A DNA stretch of 62,807 nucleotides from an uncultured virus (IMG/VR IMGVR_UViG_3300027732_000008) (IMGVR_UViG_3300027732_000008), one strand, 5' to 3'. Numbered from the stretch's first letter, positions 38,231 through 48,116 are shown. The notes: a model not told the origin generated them from the letters alone. Numbers and translations are program-made.

Positions 38231-39354
38231 TGTCAGTCAGCCGCAAAGATAAAATCACAGCGGATTACATTAACTCACTTACAGAATCTGTAAACGAGTT
38301 ATTTGGTGATACGCATGATAATCAAGGTCCAAGCAATGACGCATCGGTACAAGATGCAATCCGTTGGGGCTGGGGCGGCCAAAATGTTGACAATGTACAA
38401 CGCGGTGAAAAAATTACCGCAGATAAGACAAATGAAATTGTTGATCGCATCAACATCAGCACCTTAAGAACAAACAGCAGTGACATTGAATTAGTGGTTG
38501 TTGCTCGTGGAGAGAAAGTCACAGCTGACTTTTTTAATTCAGCCGAGTCATTATTAAATGGTGCCCGCAACTTGCGTAATGCAGTTGATCCAGCATATAC
38601 TACCATCAGTTCATTGGGAACATATTCAAAAGATATCAATTGGTCCAACCAGTTAGACAGCATCGTTGAGTTAGATTTTAGCGGTTATGAAAGTGCTCGG
38701 CACTTTTTTAATGCCGGCGGCGATATCCGTGTAGCATACAGTATTACAGGTGGATATGGTTGTGGTTACCATACATGGAGAACCATATTCATTGATATGG
38801 GCACTATTAAAATTAATGTTGAAGATACTGCAAGTTTGAATAATCGAGGAATTAGCCAGACTCTGGGCTTTAGTGAATTAACATCTAATGAAAAATTACT
38901 CTACACTAGCCCTGCCGGCGGTGGCGGCGGAGGTTATGGTGGTTATGGTGGTTATGGTGGTTATGGTGGTTATGGAGGCTATGGCGGATATGGCGGATAT
39001 GGAGGATATGGAGGCTATGGAGAGGACTGTAACGGTGGCGGCGGCGGATACGGAGGCTATGGCGGATACGGAGGCTATGGCGGTTATGGTGGGTATGGCG
39101 GATACGGAGGTTATGGCGGTTATGGTGGGTATGGCGGCTATGCTTCGAGCCGTTTGAAACTGTTTGGTACCATCAACGGGCAAAACTTAGAAATTAGGTC
39201 GTTGTTAGATAATGCCGGACTTGGCATTATGGTTAGAGGTTCAGTTGCAATGACTGTTACTATGACACATCCAAGTACTATTAGCGAACGCTCAGTAACT
39301 TTGGAATTACCAACGCCTGTAAGTCAGTTGACTCAAGACTGGCAAGAACTTTAA
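38230..39354 (+). CDS. Fibre-associated structural protein with a (GGY)n insertion
   Basis: N-terminal repeats of RG/KEKITAD, then ARHFFNAGGDIR, then the Gly-Gly-Tyr tracts. Confidence 0.7.
   Translation: MSVSRKDKITADYINSLTESVNELFGDTHDNQGPSNDASVQDAIRWGWGGQNVDNVQRGEKITADKTNEIVDRINISTLRTNSSDIELVVVARGEKVTADFFNSAESLLNGARNLRNAVDPAYTTISSLGTYSKDINWSNQLDSIVELDFSGYESARHFFNAGGDIRVAYSITGGYGCGYHTWRTIFIDMGTIKINVEDTASLNNRGISQTLGFSELTSNEKLLYTSPAGGGGGGYGGYGGYGGYGGYGGYGGYGGYGGYGGYGEDCNGGGGGYGGYGGYGGYGGYGGYGGYGGYGGYGGYGGYASSRLKLFGTINGQNLEIRSLLDNAGLGIMVRGSVAMTVTMTHPSTISERSVTLELPTPVSQLTQDWQEL
38917..39141 (+). repeat. Coding tandem repeat: (GGY)10-GEDCN-GGG-(GGY)11
   Basis: Read codon by codon. Gly codons vary synonymously (GGT/GGC/GGA/GGG) and Tyr uses TAT/TAC. 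Confidence 0.95.
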
Positions 39355-39368
39355 ACGGTTAATCGGTC

Positions 39369-39400
39369 GCAAACGCATCTATAAATAGTATTGCGTTTGC
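39369..39400 (+). promoter_or_regulatory. Perfect T4-type late promoter TATAAATA inside the loop of a 9-bp inverted repeat
   Basis: GCAAACGCA-tcTATAAATAgtat-TGCGTTTGC. Confidence 0.7.
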
Positions 39401-39432
39401 TAACCAATGGCAACAATTCAAAGGTTAAAAAT

Positions 39433-39837
39433 ATGAAAAAAATAATAGTTTCGCTTTTAGCTTTGAGTATGCTAAGTGGTTGTGCTCTAATTGATGCATA
39501 CTTAATGACCAAGTTTGACTCTGCCGAATATGGTTTAATTACTACAATTCGGTCCGAAGCACAACAATTCAAATCACAATGTGACAATGCACAGGTTAGC
39601 AAGGATAACGCAGTTAAGTTGTCAAACAATACTAGAACTTTTGAGTTATACAGCGAAAACATTCCCCGCAATGAAAATAGCTATAAGGCATCAAAATCAT
39701 TGAATGAAATTGCACAAGGATTAACAGTTCGATATCAAACTGGTCCAGTGAGTGTGGCATTTTGCAAGATCAAGTTTGAAAGTATTGAAAACAGCGCAAC
39801 AGTTATTCAACATACACTAGGAAATAGACCAAGATGA
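39433..39837 (+). CDS. Lipoprotein (signal peptide II)
   Basis: MKKIIVSLLALSMLSG|C lipobox; start re-assigned to ATG 39433. Confidence 0.75.
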   Translation: MKKIIVSLLALSMLSGCALIDAYLMTKFDSAEYGLITTIRSEAQQFKSQCDNAQVSKDNAVKLSNNTRTFELYSENIPRNENSYKASKSLNEIAQGLTVRYQTGPVSVAFCKIKFESIENSATVIQHTLGNRPR

Positions 39838-40091
39838 ACTTAGATGAAATCAGTCAAGCATTGGCAGAACTTGCCAATTGCGGAGACCCAGTATTTGCCA
39901 AAGCGGCAGAGCAAGTCAAGCAACAAACTCAGCAGACACTTATGGGACAACTGAGCAAAGAAGAATTGTGTGAAATACTAAGCGACATGCAAAGACAGTT
40001 GGATATTATCCAAGAGATGAATCAACTGGCTTTTAAAGAAAAGCTCAATGCTGTTATCACTGGAATAATTGCAATTGCCAGTGCAGTCTAA
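39834..40091 (+). CDS. Hypothetical helical protein
   Basis: 85 aa; ATGA overlap with the lipoprotein gene; hydrophobic C-terminus. Confidence 0.65.
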   Translation: MNLDEISQALAELANCGDPVFAKAAEQVKQQTQQTLMGQLSKEELCEILSDMQRQLDIIQEMNQLAFKEKLNAVITGIIAIASAV

Positions 40092-40101
40092 GAAGTGATT
40101 G

Positions 40102-40446
40102 ATGGATAAAAAATTAGAAGATGCATTGGCTTTTGCCAATTATCGATTAACTTTACAGGTTCAACGGCAAAACATCAATGCCCAAATTGAAGCGGCACTT
40201 TTGGTGTCACATCAAAGTGCGATCTTTAAATCTACGCAAGAGCTAATAGCGTTTGTTGGTATCAAGACAATCCGCAATGAGAAAGTTTTTGTTGAAGACC
40301 ACAGTGGCAACGTCATAACAATTGATGATGCCAACGAATTTCTAAATGTTCTGATTCAGGCTTATGATTCAGCCATGGAAACAAAACAAATTGAACAGAA
40401 AAAGCTGAAGTCAGCAAGGTCTACTGCAAAAATTGTAGGACTATAA
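40102..40446 (+). CDS. Hypothetical protein, possibly tail-fibre-assembly (DUF4376-like)
   Basis: ALAFANYRLTL...F..TQELIAFV...EDHSGN.ITI pattern; family call is by eye. Confidence 0.55.
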   Translation: MDKKLEDALAFANYRLTLQVQRQNINAQIEAALLVSHQSAIFKSTQELIAFVGIKTIRNEKVFVEDHSGNVITIDDANEFLNVLIQAYDSAMETKQIEQKKLKSARSTAKIVGL

Positions 40447-40448
40447 TC

Positions 40449-41327
40449 ATGAGCACCAAGGGATTCATGATGTTTGCTTACAACAATGAGCAGTTGGATT
40501 ATACGCAGTTAGCAATTGTTGCCGCGTATGCTGTTAAAAAATTCATGCCAGAGTATCCAGTGGTACTGGTTACCAATCAGCAAAGCATGGAGCATTGTAA
40601 ACAAACACATGGCATTGATATTATGAACGCCGCGTTTGACGACATTATATTAACCAATCCTGAATACGAAAGAAACATGCGTTTGCACCATGACGGTGCT
40701 TACCACAGCTTCAACGCACAATTTACCAACACCAACAAGCACGACATTTATAATCTAAGTCCATTTGATGAAACTATTTTAATTGACACAGATTATATAT
40801 GTGGCAACAATAATTTGGCCAAGCTGTTTGGTGGTCAGAATGATGTGGCCATGTACAGAGATGCTAGAAATTTAAGAATGGAAGAACCATACACCACAGA
40901 ACGCTGGTTGCACTATGCTGGTATTCGTATGTGGTGGTCAACTGTGGTATACTGGCGCAAGAGTGAAGAAGCAGAACATTTTTTTAGTGTTTGGTCAGCA
41001 GTAAAACAAAATTGGGAATACTATCGCTTCTTATACAAGTTCCCAGGCACATTGTATCGCACAGATTATTCAGCCAGCATTGCGGCTCACATGTGTGATG
41101 GTTGGTCAGATGGCGGCTTCATTGGACAAATTCCATATTATCTTAGATACCAAGACCAGCGAGATGACATTGTTGAAGTAGTTGATTCAAACCGCTGGAT
41201 CATGTTAAGCAATCTACCAGAAGAGTGGAAAAATATGGTGGTTGAAGTGGTTGGCGAAGATCTGCATTTAATGAACAAGAAAAGCATCATCCGCAACTAC
41301 GATAGAATCATGGAAGTGTTGGCATGA
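40449..41327 (+). CDS. Glycosyltransferase-like protein (GT-A, DxD)
   Basis: Motifs KGFMMFAYN, SPFDETILIDTDY, WWSTVVYWRK, YRTDYSASIA and DLHLMNK. Confidence 0.7.
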   Translation: MSTKGFMMFAYNNEQLDYTQLAIVAAYAVKKFMPEYPVVLVTNQQSMEHCKQTHGIDIMNAAFDDIILTNPEYERNMRLHHDGAYHSFNAQFTNTNKHDIYNLSPFDETILIDTDYICGNNNLAKLFGGQNDVAMYRDARNLRMEEPYTTERWLHYAGIRMWWSTVVYWRKSEEAEHFFSVWSAVKQNWEYYRFLYKFPGTLYRTDYSASIAAHMCDGWSDGGFIGQIPYYLRYQDQRDDIVEVVDSNRWIMLSNLPEEWKNMVVEVVGEDLHLMNKKSIIRNYDRIMEVLA

Positions 41328-42025
41328 CTGTACATATACTAACACTTCCGGGACGAACAAATCATGCAGACATCACCAAGATAGACACAAAGTTTGTTGA
41401 TGCAATGATGCCAATTAACATTGTAGACTTGCCAGATGATGCCTGGGAACAATTAAAAATATTGTCAACTTTAAAATTAGAATCTGGCGATATTATTTGT
41501 AGGGCTGGATTGTGTCCACGTCAAACCACTTTTGAAATTGCTAAAATTGCCGCAGCCAAGAAGTTAAATTTTATGCCGGGCACAGGCATGGATCATCGAG
41601 GACAGCCAATACCCCCTGGAAAGATACTGGAAAGGTTGCCCTTAGAAAAAAACGGCAATAACATTTGGACCTACCTATTGATTGTTGGAGATCCAGAATC
41701 TGCTCAATTGAGTTTTGAACTGGCATTACATCTTGACAAGAATGTGTATTGGAGAAATTACGAGCCAGAAGTTCCAACACTTGAACACATATTGGGTGTG
41801 GTATTTTCAACAGGCTATTGGCAAGCACCAGACTGGTTTAAAATAGTTGACATGAGTGTTAGAAATTTAGAGCTAGCACCAATCATGTATGCACATCATA
41901 TGTGGCATGACTGGATTGCATTTTATCCAGCCAATGGAAATTTTAAACTGGAAAATCACAGTCAAATTTATCCAGTGTGGCTAGCAGAAAGTGAAAAGCC
42001 ATTGGAGTACTGGCGCCGTGGATGA
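41324..42025 (+). CDS. Hypothetical protein, possibly a degenerate glycosyltransferase paralogue
   Basis: Translationally coupled to the previous gene; weak resemblance only (DHRG.., IWTYLL, LENHSQIYP). Confidence 0.5.
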   Translation: MTVHILTLPGRTNHADITKIDTKFVDAMMPINIVDLPDDAWEQLKILSTLKLESGDIICRAGLCPRQTTFEIAKIAAAKKLNFMPGTGMDHRGQPIPPGKILERLPLEKNGNNIWTYLLIVGDPESAQLSFELALHLDKNVYWRNYEPEVPTLEHILGVVFSTGYWQAPDWFKIVDMSVRNLELAPIMYAHHMWHDWIAFYPANGNFKLENHSQIYPVWLAESEKPLEYWRRG

Positions 42026-42992
42026 AATTCAATTTGAACTTCGTCCTAGAAAACGAAAAAGAGAAGAGTTTTGGTCAGTAGAATACGATCCTAGTTCTGG
42101 ACTTATCAATTCTATCAAGCCTGGACAATCAACGGATCCGTCACACATCACCCTATCGTATGCAAGAGTAAAAGATCTATTGTCTGGTTCTGCAAACCAA
42201 AATGATTATAAGATTGCATTCAATGAAACACTTGGAACATTGGACCTAGTAGACATTAAAAAACCCAGCAAGTTTAAAAAGAAACAGACTCGACCAGGCT
42301 GGCTCAGCACTGGCGAAAATCAATACGATCCTCGAACTCCTTTGCGTGTGTTATTGTTCAATGAAAATGGAATGATCAGAGTAGAAGCCAGCCGCAGATG
42401 GTCCACTGAAGTCAAAGAACGCCTTGACAAAGATACTGCATCCGAACAGATACCCATGTTTCTAACCGACGAAGAAGATCCTCATCAACTATTTGGAAAA
42501 ATTGATATATCTGTTGGAGAAATTGTAGAACGCGGATACTGGGAACAGCGTCTTTGGAGCTTCATGAGTCATGACACAGTGGTCAAGATATTGTATCAAG
42601 AACAGCGTATTAGAATTAACATTCCACCAGTTGCAGAAGATCTATCCTTTAATAGAGTGCAAAATTATCATTTGTTTTCTGGCGTCAGCGATGAACAAAC
42701 AGTTATCAGTCATATGGGTCGTGGCAAACACATTTCTCTCTTTAAGAAGGGCAATAGCATATGGGCACAAAGTCACTATGAGAAGGGATCCAGTATAGAT
42801 TCCGTGTTTGGAAATTTAAAAGTGGCAATATTAAATAATGATGATCCAGAAAATTTCCATTCTTGGTCAGAACTTCCGGCACTGATGCTAAGACAGCATC
42901 ATCCTTTTGAAATTGTTGCAGATTGGCCTTACCAGACCTTGCCGCAAGTGTTATATAAAGCAAGCAATATAGATATCGGAGTACTAAATTGA
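42018..42992 (+). CDS. Hypothetical protein
   Basis: Long ORF; GTG start at 42018 with an upstream GGAG. Confidence 0.65.
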   Translation: MDEIQFELRPRKRKREEFWSVEYDPSSGLINSIKPGQSTDPSHITLSYARVKDLLSGSANQNDYKIAFNETLGTLDLVDIKKPSKFKKKQTRPGWLSTGENQYDPRTPLRVLLFNENGMIRVEASRRWSTEVKERLDKDTASEQIPMFLTDEEDPHQLFGKIDISVGEIVERGYWEQRLWSFMSHDTVVKILYQEQRIRINIPPVAEDLSFNRVQNYHLFSGVSDEQTVISHMGRGKHISLFKKGNSIWAQSHYEKGSSIDSVFGNLKVAILNNDDPENFHSWSELPALMLRQHHPFEIVADWPYQTLPQVLYKASNIDIGVLN

Positions 42993-43960
42993 AAACCCCT
43001 ATTAGCGAATTTGATGTAGTGTTCATCAGCTACGATGAACCAAATGCAGATGCAAACTATGCAGACTTATTGGAAAAATGCCCCTGGGCCAAACGCAGTC
43101 ACGGCGTGTACGGCAGCGATGCTTGCCACAAGGCAGCGGCCAAGCTGGCAGAAACAGAACGCTTCATTACAATTGATGCTGATAATAAAGTTCGACCAGA
43201 TTTCTTTGAACTTGAACTAGATTTAGAAAAATTTGATCGCAGTGATGTGTTATCATGGTCCGGCAAGAACATTGTCAATGGATTGGTATACGGCAATGGC
43301 GGCGTAAAACTTTGGCCAGTCAAAGTGGTTGAGCAAATGCGTACACATGAAGCAGTTGATAGTGGCGCAGGTGCTGTGGACTTTTGCTGGGACATTCACT
43401 ATCATCAATTAAACAACATCTATTCGGATGTGTTTAACAATGCAACTCCATATCAGGCATATCGTGCTGGATTTAGGGAAGGCGTCAAACTGGCATTACA
43501 CAATGGAAAGCCAATGGACTGGCGCCAAATTGCAGACAAGAACCATTTTAAGAATCATCGCAGGCTACTGGTTTGGATGAGTGTTGGCATGGATGTGCAG
43601 AATGGATTATGGGCCATGTATGGTGCTCGCCTGGGTTGTTATCTAACTAACTTGCGTAAAGACTGGGACTACAAATTGGTTGCTGACTTTGAATGGCACA
43701 ATCAATACTGGGCCGAAGATATTATGCCACAGTTTGTTGGTGACGAAGAAACTTGTCCCAACAGCAAATACTCTTGGAGTCGAACAAAGCTGTTGGCTGA
43801 GACTCGTAAAATTGGTCGTATACTACAACAAGATTTAAGACTTGAAATTGCAGACTTAGATGAAGCAGGCAGTAAGTTTTTTAAAGCCAGTTATTTCAAT
43901 CCACATCGACTTGGTCCAACAGTGAAGGAAAGTGATGTTGAACAATTTATTGCGGAGTAA
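42989..43960 (+). CDS. Glycosyltransferase-like protein, paralogue 1 (GT-A/GT2-like)
   Basis: Motifs DVVFISYDEPNAD, HKAAA, FITIDADN, NGLVYGNGGVKLW and QAYRAGFREGVKL; TTG start with GGAG SD. Confidence 0.7.
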   Translation: MKTPISEFDVVFISYDEPNADANYADLLEKCPWAKRSHGVYGSDACHKAAAKLAETERFITIDADNKVRPDFFELELDLEKFDRSDVLSWSGKNIVNGLVYGNGGVKLWPVKVVEQMRTHEAVDSGAGAVDFCWDIHYHQLNNIYSDVFNNATPYQAYRAGFREGVKLALHNGKPMDWRQIADKNHFKNHRRLLVWMSVGMDVQNGLWAMYGARLGCYLTNLRKDWDYKLVADFEWHNQYWAEDIMPQFVGDEETCPNSKYSWSRTKLLAETRKIGRILQQDLRLEIADLDEAGSKFFKASYFNPHRLGPTVKESDVEQFIAE

Positions 43961-43963
43961 GCA

Positions 43964-44836
43964 TTGTTAGATGTTTTCTTTATCTCAATGGGCGAACAAG
44001 GCAGTGAAGCCAACTGGACACGCCTGTTAGAATTTGCGCCCACAGCAAAGCATATTAGCAATGTCAAGGGCATCTATCAGGTACACGAAACATGTGCAAA
44101 ACAAAGCACCACAGAAAACTTCTGGGTAGTTGATGCAGATGCATGGATTGTAGATGGATTTGATTTTAATTTTATTCCCAGCGCAGACACAATGCACTGG
44201 GGTATTCCAGAGAACGAATGCGTATTGGTATGGAATTCAAAAAATATAGCAAATGAACTAGAGTATGGCTACGGCGGAGTTAAGTTATTTCCACGCCAGC
44301 CATTCCTAGAAAGCCGTCCCTGGGAACTGGATCTATCAACCACAATTGGTCGTGCAAGTGTCAACATGTCCAGCATCAGTTGCGAAACTAGATTTAATGT
44401 CACGCCAGAATCTGCATGGATAGGTGCCTTTCGGGAATGTGCAAAGCTGTCATCGTTGTCAATGATTAAGAGCAGAGTCAACTCTGCAAAAAGAAAAGAG
44501 CGCAACGAGCTGGAACAGCTATCCATTTATATCACAACTCAAGACTGGCCGGATGAGAAAAAGGCAAACTATCGAAAAGCTCAAGGCATGCTGATTAAAG
44601 AAAAATATCTTAAAGAAACAGATATTTTTACATACTGGGAAGCAATTGAAAAGTGCAGTGAACGAAGGTTCATATGGTGTACGCATGGTTGGTTCTCAGA
44701 GAACGGAAAGTACATAATTGATGGGGCCAGGAACGGATCCAAATACGGCATGCGTAACAGCGATGACATTGAAAAACTAAATTTAATCAATGATTGGTCG
44801 TGGCTAAAAAAGGAATTTAAAAATGTCAATGTTTAA
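43964..44836 (+). CDS. Glycosyltransferase-like protein, paralogue 2
   Basis: Motifs DVFFISMGE, FWVVDADA, YGYGGVKLFP and AWIGAFRECAKL; TTG start with GGAG SD. Confidence 0.7.
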   Translation: MLDVFFISMGEQGSEANWTRLLEFAPTAKHISNVKGIYQVHETCAKQSTTENFWVVDADAWIVDGFDFNFIPSADTMHWGIPENECVLVWNSKNIANELEYGYGGVKLFPRQPFLESRPWELDLSTTIGRASVNMSSISCETRFNVTPESAWIGAFRECAKLSSLSMIKSRVNSAKRKERNELEQLSIYITTQDWPDEKKANYRKAQGMLIKEKYLKETDIFTYWEAIEKCSERRFIWCTHGWFSENGKYIIDGARNGSKYGMRNSDDIEKLNLINDWSWLKKEFKNVNV

Positions 44837-45791
44837 AGCAGTTAAGAATCCAATTATCTATAAAAAGATGTCAGATGTTCCAATAGTATTTTTAAGCTTT
44901 GACGAACCCAATGCAGATAAAAATTGGGAACTGCTGAAGTCAATTACTCCACATAAACGAATTGCCAGAGTACATGGTGTGGTTGGATTTGATGCGGCAC
45001 ACAAGGCCGCTGCCACTGAATTTGCCAGCAGTGAATATATCATCACAGTAGATGCAGATAACGAAGTTGATCCAGCTTTCTTCAATAAACAGTTGCCCGA
45101 GGGCATGGATGGAAAAGTCAGCTTTACCTGGGGCGGCAGACAATACACGAATGGATTGATGTACGGCAACGGTGGCCTCAAAATGTGGAGCACAGAACAT
45201 CTTGCTAACATGAAAAGTCATGAGCTGGCCACTGAAGATCGAGACGCAATAGATTTTTGTTGGGACTTCAATAGATACAAAGAGCTACCAGGTTGTTATT
45301 CTAATGTATACACAAATGCCAGCCCTTATCAAGCATTTCGTGTGGGATTTAGAGAAGGTGTCAAACTCTCTATGGAACAAGGGCAAGTGCTTGCATTTGA
45401 GGCCTGGCCAGAAATGATGCATGCCGCAAACTATCAAAGGCTATTGACATGGATGACATTGGGTGCTGATGTAGAGAATGGTATGTGGAGTGTGTATGGT
45501 GCAAGACTTGCTGTAAAAATGTTACAATACGACAACTTTGATTGTGTCAACATCAGAGACTATGCTTGGTTCAAAGACTTTTTTGCCTTGCATGCAAATG
45601 CAGATCCAATCAAGGCAAGCAAAAGTTTAGGCAAGAATATAAGTGAAGGATTGGATTTTATATTGCCGGACTTTGACGCCGAGCAAAGCTATTTCCTAAA
45701 GATGTTACAGCTACACCCTGCCAAGTCACTGACATATGATGATGTTAAATGGCGAACCAACTTGAATTTGTATGGATGGTTCAATGGATAA
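44823..45791 (+). CDS. Glycosyltransferase-like protein, paralogue 3
   Basis: Motifs IVFLSFDEPNAD, AAHKAAA, ITVDADN, NGLMYGNGGLKMW and QAFRVGFREGVKL. Confidence 0.7.
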   Translation: MSMFKAVKNPIIYKKMSDVPIVFLSFDEPNADKNWELLKSITPHKRIARVHGVVGFDAAHKAAATEFASSEYIITVDADNEVDPAFFNKQLPEGMDGKVSFTWGGRQYTNGLMYGNGGLKMWSTEHLANMKSHELATEDRDAIDFCWDFNRYKELPGCYSNVYTNASPYQAFRVGFREGVKLSMEQGQVLAFEAWPEMMHAANYQRLLTWMTLGADVENGMWSVYGARLAVKMLQYDNFDCVNIRDYAWFKDFFALHANADPIKASKSLGKNISEGLDFILPDFDAEQSYFLKMLQLHPAKSLTYDDVKWRTNLNLYGWFNG

Positions 45792-46962
45792 GAACACAGA
45801 GCTAAGATCTGCATTGCTTTATTTTGTTGATGAAGCAATTGGATTTCGCAAAAGCATACACCATTTTCATCGTTGGCTTGAAACTGAAGACGAATACGAG
45901 CTTACACAGTTGATTGTTGAAGTTGGAAGAGAGTATGCATTTGATTTATGGCCTTTGTTGAATGCAGTAAGAGAAGGCGATGACCAGCAAGGATTAATTG
46001 CGCTACAAGTGGCAATAGAAACCGGACTGTATGTTCCAACTGATTGGACCGACGATAAGATCATCAAGTTAACACCTTTAAAGGTCAATCTAATAGAAAC
46101 AGACTTGACTGGCATGGCCAATAAATTATGGACACTCAATGAGTGGAACAACTTAAACATTGAAGCATTTGAAACACCTGCCTTGCCTGTGCTGGCCCTG
46201 GCGCATCAATTGATAATTGATGCAAGAGAAGACTTTGACAAATTTTTTCAATTGGTTGAGATGATAATTGGTAAGGATTCACTGCTTTCCTGTGTAGTAG
46301 ATACAGATATAAAAAAATTAGGCGTTTGCATTGGAAACGAATACTATTACAATCAACGAGATCATATCAAAAGATTGGCTGTTGCAATTAACAATGATAG
46401 AGAATTGAACTGGAAAGATGCACTGAGTCGAAACCAAGTTAAAAGTAAAATTTGGCTGGTTGAAAAGCTAATAGAAAGAAATCTAATTCCAAAGAAACGC
46501 AAGATGGGCGATGTTGAAACTTCAACATTGGTTGTTGGTGGATGGGTTGGATTGTTACCATTTTTATCTAACATGCTGGGACAAAACTTAGATTCAGTTA
46601 TTAACATTGATATTGATACTTCAGTTCATTCAGCCGCACTAGAGTTAAATTCTGGATTTCACAATAATTTTAAAAATTCTGGAACAGATGTAAGAGAAGT
46701 ACAGCTTTCAAAGTACAAAAAGCTGTTGCTAATTGACACCATTGTAGAGCATTTTGAGGATCATGGCGATTGGGTAAAGTCCTTGCCTGCAGGAACCACT
46801 GTGGTGCTACAGGGCAATGACATGTTTGACGTGCCCGATCATGTCAACTGTCACAACAGTTTAGAAGAGTTTGTTGCATCCTCTGGCTTAAATACTATTC
46901 TATGGGCAGGAGAATTAAACCTGTACATGTGCAATAGATATATGGCCATTGGAAAACTATAA
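45784..46962 (+). CDS. SAM-dependent methyltransferase-like protein (C-terminal class I fold)
   Basis: Motifs QVKSKIWL, LVVGGWVG, INIDID, DT.VEH, VLQGND and DHVNC; start re-assigned to ATG 45784. Confidence 0.7.
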   Translation: MDKNTELRSALLYFVDEAIGFRKSIHHFHRWLETEDEYELTQLIVEVGREYAFDLWPLLNAVREGDDQQGLIALQVAIETGLYVPTDWTDDKIIKLTPLKVNLIETDLTGMANKLWTLNEWNNLNIEAFETPALPVLALAHQLIIDAREDFDKFFQLVEMIIGKDSLLSCVVDTDIKKLGVCIGNEYYYNQRDHIKRLAVAINNDRELNWKDALSRNQVKSKIWLVEKLIERNLIPKKRKMGDVETSTLVVGGWVGLLPFLSNMLGQNLDSVINIDIDTSVHSAALELNSGFHNNFKNSGTDVREVQLSKYKKLLLIDTIVEHFEDHGDWVKSLPAGTTVVLQGNDMFDVPDHVNCHNSLEEFVASSGLNTILWAGELNLYMCNRYMAIGKL

Positions 46963-47462
46963 TGCAACGGATCAGTAAAATACCTGGCGTAATTGACTTT
47001 GAAAGACTAAAAGCAGAAACACAACTGCTGATGTCAGCACATCCAAATGAAAGACAGCTGTCATTGCAAACAAATGGTTCAGCTGATTGGAATGCTAGCA
47101 CCGGCTCAAGACCAGGAGAAGGTGAAGGGCAATGGAATTCAATACACCCAGAACTTGCAGGCACTTGGTGGCAGGACTTTTTTAGTTCACTTCCAATTCC
47201 TGTTTTTAGATCCAGGATTATGATTATGTCACCCAGGGTGTGTTACAGTATACACACTGACGATAATCCTAGATTACACATTGCTGTCAAAACACATAAT
47301 CAAGCCAAATTTATTTTTACAAAGCCGCCTGAAATTTTACATATTCCAGCCGACGGCCGCATATATTGGGTCAATACAAAAGAAGAACATACTGCAATCA
47401 ACGGAAGCTTGGAAGATAGGGTGCATATTGTCATGTGCTTGGTAAACAATGATGTAGATTAA
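46962..47462 (+). CDS. Fe(II)/2OG oxygenase, Asp/Asn beta-hydroxylase-like
   Basis: RSRIMIM.P..CYSIHTD..RLHIAV...HTAINGS.EDRVHIV (HxD...H triad). Confidence 0.8.
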   Translation: MQRISKIPGVIDFERLKAETQLLMSAHPNERQLSLQTNGSADWNASTGSRPGEGEGQWNSIHPELAGTWWQDFFSSLPIPVFRSRIMIMSPRVCYSIHTDDNPRLHIAVKTHNQAKFIFTKPPEILHIPADGRIYWVNTKEEHTAINGSLEDRVHIVMCLVNNDVD

Positions 47463-47477
47463 CGGCTACATATAGAT

Positions 47478-48116
47478 ATGAATCTATCTATTTTCCATAC
47501 CAATGCCAGCGAGTTTGACCAATACGAATCTCTGTACAACGGATTCCTTTCAACCATTGCAGACACTGAATCACCTGCCCTACAAAACATGGGCGAGGCC
47601 ACATCAAGTGGATTTCTATTCTTGGTCAAACACAAAAAAAGATGGACCAAAGACAATGGACAAATTACATTTTTATACGACAAAGATGTAGAAAGTATTG
47701 TTGGTGTAAGCGCAGTCGAAGACTGTCCACTGCATGATCAATTGGGATCTGGTGGCAATCGCTGTTGGGTACTGCCACCATATAGGACTGATAATTCTGT
47801 TTCTAAATACTTGTTGTCTAGTAATTTAGAATGGTGTAAGTCCAGAGGCAAGCTTGGAATGTTACTAACATTCAATGATTACAACAAGTCAATCTATGAT
47901 ATCATTGTACGATTTTCCCAAGGCAAAGGATCTGCTCTGGGCACAATCTGGAGCGATTGGTGGAGCGATTGCATTCCGCTAGACACCAAACTTAGATTGC
48001 ATAACACACCGCAGTGGGCTGTGATAAAGCCAATGGTTGCTTATGACCAACTTGAACCAATTGCTAACGATCTAATAGATAAGTTTGGCGTGAGAACTGA
48101 ACCATTTAATGCATAA
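47478..48116 (+). CDS. GNAT-fold acyltransferase-like protein
   Basis: Motifs IVGVSAVE, RCWVLPPYR and LEWCKSRG..GMLLTFNDYN; preceded by TACATA-N5-ATG. Confidence 0.6.
   Translation: MNLSIFHTNASEFDQYESLYNGFLSTIADTESPALQNMGEATSSGFLFLVKHKKRWTKDNGQITFLYDKDVESIVGVSAVEDCPLHDQLGSGGNRCWVLPPYRTDNSVSKYLLSSNLEWCKSRGKLGMLLTFNDYNKSIYDIIVRFSQGKGSALGTIWSDWWSDCIPLDTKLRLHNTPQWAVIKPMVAYDQLEPIANDLIDKFGVRTEPFNA

Noticed and set aside
38917..39141. CRISPR array or DGR-like repeat
   Set aside because: It is a 9-nt-period coding repeat with synonymous variation and no spacers; there is no reverse transcriptase or cas gene in the window.
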